Positions 1-51,690 of a DNA stretch of 64,000 nt are shown here, piece by piece. Numbering within the stretch: the first letter of the stretch is position 1; each line of letters begins with the position of its first letter. Source of the DNA: Camelus ferus (lineage: Eukaryota); contig NC_045697.1 in NCBI RefSeq assembly GCF_009834535.1, positions 35,342,001 through 35,406,000 of the forward strand, in the 5' to 3' direction. The notes below the pieces were generated by a model. The model worked only from the letters and a program-made list of their open reading frames with translations, was not told where the DNA came from and did no database searches. The position numbers were made by a program, and so were the translations under genes.

Positions 1-184
1 TGGACGCCCATAGCAGAGGCTATTGTGAAATTGCTGAGTGCCCAGCCTGGACAGGACTATGGAGCAAACTATGACGTCCCGGCTCAACGTAGCAGAGCCT
101 CTCTCTACAGTTATACGGCAGGGATTTTCGGCTACTGTTCTTGGAATTTTAGCCAAGAGTTACTCCACGGCTGAGCTGTGATTT

Positions 185-210
185 AAAAAAAATTTTTTTT
201 TTAATTGGAA
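185..210 (-). mobile_element. Extremely 5'-truncated L1 remnant (26 bp) with 13-bp TSD
   Basis: TGAGCTGTGATTT repeated at 172-184 and 211-223. The reverse complement of the insert begins ttccaattaaaaaaaaaa, like the L1 terminus cttcaattaaaa seen at 2788-2800. Confidence 0.65.
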
Positions 211-2424
211 TGAGCTGTGATTTGAATACAGGTTGGTTTATTTCCAAGGTCCTACTCTTAATATTTGCATTACGTTCCTCATTTTGCCAGTTCAAAAGAA
301 CGTGGAGATCGCACGTGTAACTTTAGTTGGAAATCCAACAGTGGGCTCTGGGAGTTCAGGCTGGCTCCGTGCCTGTACTGATTTCTCTAGTTGGTGTTTA
401 CTGAACAAATATTCGTTTGGGGCAGCATAATTGTTCCTAGAGGAGAAATTAGTTCAAGCCCCACACTTGCATTTTGTAACCTGAGTAGTCTTCTTTCTGT
501 CTTTCCTGTGCCCAGAGGGACATAGGATGAATGCTCAAAGGCATTCGCTTTCACTTTTATACCCCCTTAACTTCTGGGGAAAACACTGGACGTGGGTGTC
601 TTGGTTTGGGCAAAGCTGGTTCTGTGTTGAGTAAACCCCAACATTTCCATGGCTCAGTCACACATCGAAGTCCATGGCCAGGGTTCCCAGTTCAAGGGCT
701 AGTCTTCCTCCTTGGAGTGATTCAGGGATGTGGGCTCCCTTCCTCTTGTGGCTCAGCCTTTCCCAGTGCTGAAAGGGAGAGAGGGGGAGAAAGGCAGCAC
801 CTTTTAACCTCCTTGTCTGGCAGCAACACCCATCACTTGGTCACCTTCTGCTGGTAACAACTAGCCACTCAAGATCCCACAGAGATGTCAGGGGAATTGA
901 GAAATGCAGCCCCTGGCTGGCAGTTTCTCTCCAGTAACAACTCTTGGTATGGACAGAGGACAAGCAGGTAGATAGTTAACTTTCTCTGCCATAGGGAGCT
1001 TCCACATTTTCTCTATGCAAGGAAAAACATTTACCTGTTCAAACTAGAGAGGAATGGGGGCAAAGAATGTGCCTCCATTTCCTTATTGCTGCAAGTTGAA
1101 GGAAGTCTGATTATCTCAAGTAAAACCCAGTACTTTGAAGACTCTGGCTAAAACAGATCCAAAGGCCATCAGCTTCTTAGAGAAGTTCATTACTTTTTTT
1201 TATTTTATTGAAAACAAGTGACTTCTTTCTTTTGAATAGATCGTATGGGAAAAAAAAAAAAAGATGTTCATGTTTTCTAGGTAAGGAGCCTGTCCATTTG
1301 AATATTACCTCCAAACAGAGCCACCTAAATATCCATCCAAGCAGAACAGTTAAGTGAATTACATATAACCATGCCATGGAAAAATAAACAACTATTGAAA
1401 GTCACATTACACAAGAGAGTTTATCGACAAGAGAAAATATTCGTAATGTATTAAGCCAAAAAAAGCAGGCAACCAAGGATAATTAAATAAATACTAATCA
1501 ATTGCTAACTAAAATGAAAAGAATTAACAGAACTATACATTCTTCTTTTTTTTTTTTTTTTTAAAGAGGATTGTGATAGATTGCATGATTGTTCAAAAAT
1601 ACTTCCTGCCTCCTTTGTATAGACTCTGCCCATTGAGGTTGGCTTGGCCACTGAGTTTGGCGTGTGGGAGGAAGTGATGTGGTCCTTCCACGAGACCTGC
1701 AGGCAGGTGCTGTTCCTAAGCCTGTGTCCCAGATGTACGATGATGGAGAGGGGCGATAGCCGGCCCATAATGGGCATGTGATGAGAGTGAGAAATGAACA
1801 TGTAAGACACAAACTGAGCTGATCTTCAAGTGGCACAGATGCTTTTGAAAAAAATTAATGAGCATAACTGAGAGCTTGAAGTGACATGAATGGGTTTCTC
1901 CTTATTTCACCTCTTCAAAGAAAAACATTGCTGTTCTTTTGCTAGATTAGAATATCTTTATTATACTATAAAAAGTATTACCTCCTAGCAGAGATTCTTG
2001 TCTTCTGGTAAAAAGAAAAACAGTCTCAATGTGTTCTGACAAAACTTAATGTGTTCATACTCCAAGGAATAGGAGAGACAGAAGGAAGCAGTGGGCAGTG
2101 CTTATAATAATGGGTTTCATTTGTTTTCATGTAAAATTAGGTATAAATGGAAATTTGAGGTCAAAGAAGAGATTCTGACAAAAATGAAATGGCCATCACC
2201 TTTGAAATTAAATTAAAACCAGGCAGACTTTAAATATAAAAACTGAGGTAGCAGAGGTGAATTACATATCATGGATGCATTCATAGAGCAGGGCAAACCA
2301 AATGATGCTGTGATCAGTTATACAAGCAAGTCATGTCCTGTACGTGATGAGTAAAAATTATCTGGTAACAGTAATTAAAGAGCAATGAAATTCAGTGGAG
2401 AACAAGGTAGTTAAAAGTTCATAT

Positions 2425-2696
2425 AAAAAATTTAAAAAGAAAAAAGAAGAAGAAAAAAGAGAACACTAATGAACTCATCTACAAAAGAAACAGACTCGCA
2501 GACATAGTAAATAATCTTATGGTTACCAGAGAAAGGGGGTGGGAAGGGATAAATTCGGGAGTTTGAGATTTGCAAATATTAACCACTATATATAAATATA
2601 GATAAAACCCAAATTTCTTCTGTATAACACAGGGAACCATATTCAGTATCTTGTAATAACCTTTAATGAAAAAGACTATGAAAACAAATATATGTG

Positions 2697-2737
<41 letters not shown>

Positions 2738-2798
2738 CAGGGACATTATGCTGTACACCAGAAATGGACACATTTTAACTGACTATACTTCAATTAAA
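2425..2798 (+). mobile_element. Young L1 3' end (cetartiodactyl/camelid type), 5'-truncated, containing a (CA)n tract at ~2700-2735
   Basis: L1 3'UTR motifs (gaactcatctacaaaagaaacagactc...actatacttcaattaaaa); 12-bp TSD aaaagttcatat at 2413-2424 and 2799-2810. Confidence 0.85.
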
Positions 2799-3649
2799 AA
2801 AAGTTCATATGAGCATTTTGGGAATGAAATTAAAAGTAACTTTGTAGTTAATTGACTACAGGAACAATAATAACTCAAACTTACAAGCTACAAAGGAAAG
2901 GGTCAGGACTCATGGTCATATTACTCACAATATGCCACGGAGGGACAAAATGATAAGTCAGAAAAATGATTGTAAACACAAGTAAAACAGTATCCCTTTG
3001 TAGAAGGGGAGGGAAAAACTCTGATCCCTTTGGCATCCCGAGTGCCACCCTTGTCTCCGCAGTTGGAAAACAGTCAGAATGAGTTAGAAGCCTAGAGAAG
3101 GCAATAAACATGATCTGAGGGTGGAGAGGCTATTGCTGTAATTGCTGTAACACTGTACTCGCCTACTACATGCTTAGTACAGGCCAACGCGATATATACA
3201 ACTTTATAGCAGAGACTTTGACAGCTGCTCACCAAAACTTGGTTTCTTTCCTTTCTGTTTAGCTCACAGCTAGACAGCATTTTCCAGACTCCCTTGAAGT
3301 TAGCTATTATTAAAGTATTAAAGAGAGGACCAAACTCCACTAAGACAAAAATTGAGCTCTGAGTGGAAGAGGAAACACAGTGCATCTTTAGTAGAAGCAA
3401 AGATTTTCCTAGCACTTAGCTTTGAAAAGCGATAAACTTTACAGGGCACCTACTAGGTGCACACAACACAGAATTAGATGCTTTTAATATGGGTGCATGG
3501 AAAAGAATCATACATGGGCAAAGAGAAAGGAAGTGTCTGATGTTTTCAGTCACTGAAGTCTATCCCACATTGAAGAATGCCTGATACCAAATGGCTGGAA
3601 TCCAGTCAAAGCATTTTTACAAGATATACCTAGAATGAATTGCATTTTA

Positions 3650-5580
3650 AAAACTGCTTTATTAAGATATATTTCACACTCCATATACTTCACCCATTTA
3701 ACATGTGCAATGTACTGTTTTTAGTGTATTCATGGGGTTGTGCAACCACTGCCAAAGTCTAATTTGAGAACATTTTCATTCCACCTTGAAAGAAACTATG
3801 TATCTATTAATTCTCTTTCCTTCACCATCCATCCCCTCAGCCCTAAGCAACCACCCATCTACTCTTGGTCACTAGGAATTTTCCTTTCATATAAATGGAG
3901 TCACATAATATATGATTTAGTCTGTGTCTGGCTTCTTTCACTGAGCACAGTGCTTTTGAGGTTCATCTATGTGATAGTGTGTACTGGCATTTCACTCCTT
4001 GTTATAGCTGGATGACACTCTATTGTATGTATATACTGCATTTTGTTTACCCACTTATCAGTTGTGGCACATTTGGGCTGTTTCCAATTTTGGCTATTAT
4101 GAATAGTGCAACTATGGATATTTGTGTGCAAATTCTGTATGTTTTCATTTCTCTAGGAGTAGAATTGATAGATCATATTGTTGCCAAAAGATCAGTCCCT
4201 GTCCCTGACAAGCCAAATTGAAACTCAGAGACAAGGTTCTAGAACTTAGAAGAAAAGAGACAGCTTTATTACTTTGCTGGGCAAAGGGGACTCACAGCAG
4301 GCTGGTGCCTTCAAAACTGTGAACCCATCTTGGGGATGGGGTAGGGTGATGATATAGCCATAGCTTACACATTAAAGCATTGATAACAATCAACAGAATT
4401 ATTTTCTTCTCATAAGACTCATAGTGGCATCATGGTGTCCCCAGGTGACCAATTCTATAGAGGCTAGTGGTTGTCACTCTTTCCATCTCTTTATAAGTGC
4501 CCGAGGTGTGGTCTTCTTGGTAATTCAGGCTATTTTGTAAGGTTACAGTCCTGTGAACTTCTTTGTGGAGAAAAACTCAGAAACCTAGCATGATTATTGT
4601 TTTCGATTAGTGGAATAAAGCAGAGACAGTACAATTACTAGCTTCATTTTAACAATGGAGCTGTGAACAGCAACCAGTCAGGATAGTTGTCCAGTTTAAG
4701 AGCAAGCGTAAGAATAAGCAATCTGTTAGCCTAAGGGCAGCCATTTTATGAATTCTCCTTCCAAATGGTAACTCTGTGTTTAATTACTTGAGCCTACGTT
4801 GAAGCGTTTGAGGAACTATGAGACGGTTTTCCAAAGTGGTTACACCATTTTACATTCGCATCAGCTGTGTGGGGGTTTTCTACTTTCTCCACATCCTTGC
4901 CAGCCCTTGTTACTGTCTCACTTTTTGATTCTAGCCATCCTGGTAAGTGTAAAGTGGTGTCTCACTTGTTCTGATTTGTGTTTCCCTGATGCAATGATAC
5001 CGAATGGGTTACCTGATGTAGTTTGCTTGTTGGCTACTTGTAGATGTTCTTTGGGAAAAGGTCTATCAAATCCTTTGTGCAACTTGAAAATGGGTTGCTT
5101 GTCTTTATACTACTGAGTTGTACTTTTCAAAATATATTTTCTGGATACCAGTTCCTTTCCAGAAGCAAGATTTTAAAATGTTTTCTCTCATTTTGTGTGT
5201 TGTCTTTTCACTTTCTTGATACTGTCCTTTGAAGCACAAAAGCTTTTAATATCAATGAAATCCAATTTATCTATTATTTCTTTTGCTGTTATATCTAAGA
5301 GTCCATTGCCTAACTAAAGATCATAACGATTTACTCGTACATTTTAAGATTTTTATAGTTTGATCTCATACACATAAGTCTTTGATCCATTTTGAGTTAA
5401 TTTTTGTTGAGACAGGGGGTCCTACTTTTTCGTTTTCATGTGGCTATTTAATTGTCCTAGAATTATTTGTTGGAAAGACTATCCCTTCCCCCACATAATT
5501 GTTTTGGAAAACTTGTTGAATATCATTTGACCCTAAATGAGGGTTTATTTTTGGACTCTCAATTATATTGATCTTCATGT
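3650..5580 (-). mobile_element. Old L1M (L1MB-like) 3' region, interrupted by an LTR
   Basis: Antisense L1 3'UTR and ORF2-end motifs (ttccaaagtggttacaccattttacattc, gtctttgatccattttgagttaattttt). Confidence 0.8.
4179..4763 (-). mobile_element. Solo ERV LTR inserted in L1
   Basis: TG...CA ends splitting the L1 motif gatcatat|ggtaactct; minus-strand AATAAA (tttatt at ~4265). Confidence 0.7.
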
Positions 5581-6643
5581 TTATCTGGCAACAGTGAGTC
5601 CTAGTAAGTAATCAAGAGATTTGGAACTCGTTGCTCAAAACTGCTATGGACTTACAGCTATAAATGCTCTTAACTGATTCTTACACTTTAAGGCAACCCA
5701 TCATTGTTTAATTTCAGAGCAAACCTTCCAGAAACGACAAACTGTTTCAAAAAATTAAAGTGAATTGAAATAAATTGCTTTGAGAAGGTTCTAAAGAAAA
5801 TCCAAGACATTCTGAGACGTGGTAAGAGTTGAGCAAGAAATAACTGGCCTAGTTCACTGGCCCCCTTGGTTAATTAGAGCGACTCTCACTTTCTCCTCAG
5901 GGACAGGCACTCTAAAAGATCATTATTTATGAAGTGGAGGAGGGCAGAGTTTCCTCTCCCCTGAGCAAGTGTTGGGACATCTCTAAAAGCCTCAGAAAAT
6001 TCTGTAATCTCTAGAATTTTTCAACCACCCTTCCAGAATGCGATTTGTTTACTACCAAAGCTGAGAAGTGCGCACAGGTGGTTGTCGCAGGTGCCTGATG
6101 GCCCGGCAGCATCGCTCAAGCCTTAGGAACGCCAAGGCCCAGTTCACACCTGCTCGCCCAAAGCGCCAGAGGCCCTGGCAGCTCAGGCTCGCACCTGGGT
6201 CTCAGCCTCCGTCTTGCAACGCGCCCCCGGGGCCTCGTTTAAAGGGCACCGCGGGTCCGAAATTGCAAAGCTGCCCCCTCCTCCGGGGCGCTCGGAGCGT
6301 GCCCTCCCCGGGGCCGACCAGGGATCTGATTTTTTTGCCCCGCGGCGGGTCCCAGGCCCCGGGTCCCGCACACTGTGCGGTGGCGCCGGCGGAGGCCGTG
6401 GCGGTGGCGCGGGGCTGCTGGGCGTCCGAGACCGCGGGGAGTGCACGGGCGGCGTGAAGCCGGGCGGGCCGAGCTGGGTGTGGCGGGGCGGCCCCACCCT
6501 CGCCTCAGCGGAGCGCGCGCGCCGCGCGGGCGGAGGGAAACTCTTAGCGGGCCGGGAGGACGCGGCGGCCGGCCGGGGGCGCGGGGTGTGCACGGCGGGG
6601 CGGCCGCGCGGCTCCCGTCGAAAGCGCCGCTCCTGCCGCGGCC

Positions 6644-46811
<40,168 letters not shown>

Positions 46812-46967
46812 GCCATTTAAAACAAGGACTCATTGAACAAGCCTAAGGAAAACAAAAAGAACAGATGAATTGAAGTGGGAAACTACACACAAAGAACCTC
46901 AGTTTTGAAAAGATACAGTATGTACACAGTGGGAAATTTTTTAATCAATTTACAAAATATATTGCTA

Positions 46968-46973
46968 AATAAA
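46968..46973 (+). terminator. CWH43 polyadenylation signal (AATAAA), implying a short 3'UTR of about 180 nt
   Basis: First AATAAA after the stop codon, followed by a U/GU-rich stretch (ttgtttttcttaattttttgg). Confidence 0.7.
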
Positions 46974-47736
46974 AGCATTTCTCCAAATTGTTTTTCTTAA
47001 TTTTTTGGTAAAAAAATAGAATGTAGGGTCATATAAGAAAGTTCTACTATGAGAGAGAAGATAACAAAAGTGTGTTACCTTTTTAATGCTTAAAAATAGG
47101 AAATGGAAAAAGAAGGAAAAAAACAGGAAATGGACTTTTTGATGAGCTGGAAGGACTGCTTGCAAAAATCAAACAGCCTTAAATCACTCTTGGGTCAAAG
47201 CAGGGAAAGAAATGTTTAGAAATTAAGTCTAATTGTTAGAAGACGAATGTGTACCTATAATGAGCGTTGACGCAGCAGCTGCCGCACGCCCTTCACCATC
47301 CTCTCCTGAGCTGTGGTAACATCATCTGCCTCTTGCCATGTTTCTATCACTCCATGGCTGTGCATGGCACACTTTGTGATGTCTCCATCAGTCAGGCCAC
47401 CAGCTGTCAGGGAGCACACCTCTCCACGCAGACGGGTCCCACAGTGCATTTTCTCCCCTAGATCCAAGCAGGTAGATGATGGGGAAGAATTCAGCCCAAC
47501 AGCACCATCTCTGCAGGGAATAGTGAATGGACTGTTGTTTAGGGAGGCACATGTGACATCTTAGAACTGGAAAGGGTCCTGAATGTTATTTTATATTTTG
47601 GGGCAAACATAAAAATTACAGAAGAATTTTCAAAGGTTTTATGTCACAATCTAAGGATGTTCCTTGGATCTATTTAACAAAAATGCATTGAGCATATCAC
47701 CATATGCAAAACATGATGTCCCGGTGGTAGCTTTAA

Positions 47737-48906
47737 GAAAAAAATTTATTTGTTTATTTTTAAAAATTGAAGTATAGTTGGTTTACAGTTTTGTGTTAAT
47801 TTCTGGTGTACAGCATAGTGATTCAGTTATATATATGTATATTTCTTTTCATGTTCTTTTTCATTATAAGCTATTACAAGGTATTGAATATAGTTCCTTG
47901 TGCTATACAGTAGGACCATGTTTATCTATTTTATATATAGTAGTATCTGCAAATCACAAACTCCCAAATTACTCCTCCCACCTCTTTTCCCCTTGGTAAC
48001 CACAAGTTTGTTCTCTATGTGAGTCTTTCTGTTCTCTAAATAAGTTCATTTGTCTCATTTTTAAAGATTCCACATATAAGTGACATAATATGGTATTTTT
48101 CTTTCTCTTTCTGGCTTACTTCACTTAGTATGATTTTCTCCAGGTCCATCTATGTTGCTGCAAATGGCATTATTTTATTAGTTTTTATATCTGAGTAGTA
48201 TTCCATTGTGTGTATATGTGTATGTGTACACACATCGTCTTTATCCAGTCATCTGTCAATGGACATATAGGTTGCTCCCATGTCTTGGCTATTATAAATT
48301 GTGCTGCTATGAACATTGGGGTACATGTATCATTTTTGAATTAGTTTCCTCTGGATATATGCTCAGGAGTGGAATTGCTGGATCATATGGTAAGTCTCTT
48401 TTCACTTTTTTAAGGAATCTCTGTACTATTTTCCATAATGGCTACACCAAACTACATTCTTACCAACAGTGTAGGAGGGCTCCCTTTTCTCCACACCCTC
48501 TCCAGCGTTTATCATTTGTGAACTTTTTAATGATGCCCATTCTGACTGGTGTGAGGTGATAACCTCATTGTAGTTTTGATTTGCATTTCTCTGATAATTA
48601 GCAATATTGAAAAAAAATTTATGTGCCTATTGGCCATTTGTATGTCTTCATTGGAGAAATACTTGTTTAGGTCGTCTGTCCAATTTTGGATTGGGTTGTT
48701 TGGTTATTTAATTAAGTTATATGAGCTGTTTGTATTTTCTGGAAATTAAGCCCTTGTCAGTTGTGTCATTTGCAAATATTTTCTCCCATTCCATAGACTG
48801 TCTTTTTGTTTTGTTTATAGTTTCCTTTGCTGTGCAAAAGCATATGTTTAATTAGGTCCCATTTGTTTGTTTTTGCTTTTATTTCTATTGCCTTGGTAGA
48901 CTCTCA
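47737..48906 (-). mobile_element. Young L1, ~1.2 kb, 5'-truncated (ORF2 end plus 3'UTR)
   Basis: Well-preserved antisense L1 sequence; TSD gtggtagctttaa (47724-47736) versus gtggtagttttaa (48907-48919). Confidence 0.9.
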
Positions 48907-49907
48907 GTGGTAGTTTTAAAAATATGTCCACAAATGATTTGGTACTTCCTTCCAAAGGTGAGGCCTAATTCGTCTCTTTCTGAGTGTGGGCTAGACTGAG
49001 GGACTCACTTTGATGAAGGGAAGAAAGTGGAAGAGATGGCATGTGACTTCCAAACTTGGGTTGTAAAAGACTGTGACTTCTGCCTTAGTCTCATCCTCTT
49101 GGGTCTGAGAGAAGCCAGGTGCCATGTCATGAGCAACCCTGTGGAAAGGTGAGGAGTTGCCGAGGCCTCTTATCAACAGCCATGGGCGTGAGCCACCCTA
49201 GATGCGGAACTTCCAGCCCCTGCCAAGCTTCAAATCGTACTTCATCCCCAGCCGGCATCATGACTGCAACTCATGAGAGACCAAGCCCAACCACTGGCTT
49301 AGCTGCTCATAAGTCCTTAACAGATAATAACTGTTGTTTTAAGCCATCTGCGTTCAGATCTTTCTCAACATGTGATGGGGATATGTCCCGAAAAACCCAT
49401 GTAAGTCGAAAATATCATTAAGTTGAAAATATTATTAATTTGAAAATGCGTTTGATACACTTAACTTTTCAAACATCATAACTTAGCTTAGCCTACCTTA
49501 AAGCTGCTCAGAACTCTTATATTAGACTACAGTTGCACAAAATGATCTAACACAAAGCCTATTTTATAATAAAGTGCTGCATATCTGAGGTGATCTACTG
49601 AATACTGTACTTGAGAGTGAAACACAGAATGGTTGTCTGGGCACAGAATGATTCTAAGTGTCTCAGCTGGTTACCCTGCAATTGTGGGGCTGACTGGGAG
49701 CCGATGGCTGCCCACCATCACGGGAGTATTTGTACTGCATATCACCAGCCCGAGAAAAGATCAAAATCCAAAATTCCAAGTGTGGTTTCTACTGAATGCA
49801 TATTGCTTTCGCATCATTGTAAAGCTGAAAAATCTAAGTGGAGCCATCCTAAGTCAGGCAGCATCTTGTTTGGGTAATTTGCTATGCGTCAGTAGATAAG
49901 TAACACA
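48907..49907 (+). mobile_element. MaLR LTR (MLT1D/E/F-like) split by a MER47-family element
   Basis: gagtgtgggctagact...tgttgttttaagcca | tttgggtaatttgctatgcgtcagtagataagtaacaca. Confidence 0.75.
49355..49868. mobile_element. MER47/Tigger5-family TcMar MITE
   Basis: aaacccatgtaagtcgaaaatatc...cacaaagcctattttataataaagtg...; degenerate terminal inverted repeats. Confidence 0.8.
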
Positions 49908-50899
49908 GCCCTTGAAACTCTCCACATTTGGGGAACTCTGAGAACCTGGCAACAGCAAACATATTTACTTAGCATCTATTCTATCTGTGGTACAGTGCTG
50001 GACATGTGGCGGTAACAGGAGGTGTCACTTAAGTGAAAAAGACATTGCCCTTTTCTCTGGATCCTAATCACCAAGTTAGGGAGACAGAAAGATGCAAAGG
50101 CATCTTGAATGGTAACTACTGACTATTGACCTCTATTGAGCCAAGTGCTTTACCAACACTATCTCCTAACAACAATACTGCGAGGTGATGTAAGACAGAT
50201 GACAACCGGGGTCTTTCAGATCTGGGATTAGATGGCCAGAACTCCCATTCCACTCCCTCCTGAGGACAGTGTCCTCTCCCAAATTTCTGTCAACTGTGTG
50301 AGGTTAAGGGGCAGGGTTCACATTTTTATGGTCACCTCTCGCACAGATCTCCTTCCACTGTCATAGCTGGGTTTATGGATGGTCTTGTGCTTGCATTTCT
50401 GACACTTGGATTATGCTACAATGCAACATAAAAGCATTTAATGCACTGAGCTGGTGCCTGGCACTCAGCAAGAGCTAAGAATTCCCCAAAGTTCTGGGGA
50501 GGCAGATGTACCCAGGACAACAAGCACTGCCTCTGTAACTGTGTCGAGCAGACAGAGAACTCCGTTCCTTCCTCGAGTTCCTCAAAACAAGGTAAAACAA
50601 AACATTCTCACCATATGTTTTAGTGGGTGCAGTTTTTACTGAAGATGTGGAAAGACAGAGAAGGGTTTATATTACAGAAACTCAAAACATCTTCAGGCAG
50701 AATTAGATACTCACTTGTTTTACAAATCTTCTGTCTCCTCCACACCATGTAGTTTAGGAATCTCTCTTATCTTCTGTGGCTTTCCACACCTCCTTCAGAT
50801 TTCTGTGCATTTCTAATACAAAGCAGATTCTCTCTCTTTCTCTCAGTCTCTTACTTATTTATTAAGTGCTCAGGGCCTTAACTTCCATTTTAAATGGCT

Positions 50900-51690
50900 T
50901 ATTCGAGGTGGAGGGTTCAATACATCTCTCTCAGCAAATGAGAGGGCAAGCAGAAAGTTTAAACAGCACCGCTGAACTTAACCTAACTGATAAATATGAA
51001 AGAATGAGTGCCCCAAGTATCTTCAAATTACTCATGCAGATGTACATGGGACATTTACCCAAATAGATCATATCCTGAGCCAAAAAGTAAGATTTTAAAA
51101 TGTCAAAATATTGAATTAATACAGAATATATTCTCTAATGACAATGAAACTAGCTTAAAGTAAGTAACAAAAAGATGAGAAATCCCTAAATACTGGAAAC
51201 TGAGTAATAAACTTCTAAGTAACCCATGAGTCAAAGAAGAGACCACAATAAAAATTAGAAAATATTTTGAACAAGAGAAAGAGAACCAATAGAAAGCATG
51301 TATCTCTGTATATACACACACACACACACACACAAATATATGGATATATGTACAGCTCCATGCCTATCAACTATATACAGAACCAACAGGAGATAGATAT
51401 ATGTGTACATATTTATCTATATATGTCTATATATCCACACATATATATCCATCTCCTGTTGGTTCTGCTTCTCTGTAGAGACCAGATTGATTCGATAGCA
51501 AAACTGAAAAGAATGCTAAATGGAAGAAAAATTATAGGCCAATCTCTATCATGTACATTGATATAAAATTCCTAAGCAAAATATTGCTAAATCAAATCCA
51601 GCATTGTATAAAAAGATAATACATTATGATAAGTTAGATTTACTCCAGGAATTCAAGGTAAGCTTAACACTTGAAAACAAATTAATGTAA
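50900..51690 (+). mobile_element. Old L1 ORF2 fragments with an embedded MLT2-terminal inverted segment (~51274-51490)
   Basis: EN-region motifs (acatttacccaaatagatcatatcctgagccaaaa) jump to RT-region motifs (aattataggccaatctctatcatg...aaatccagca). Confidence 0.65.

Noticed and set aside
1..174. Open frame from the window start (WTPIAEAIVKLLSAQPGQDYG...)
   Set aside because: I recognise no homology and see no supporting gene structure; it is truncated by the window edge. BLASTX would settle it.
48206..48559. 117-aa ORF resembling database 'hypothetical proteins'
   Set aside because: Antisense translation of L1 sequence.
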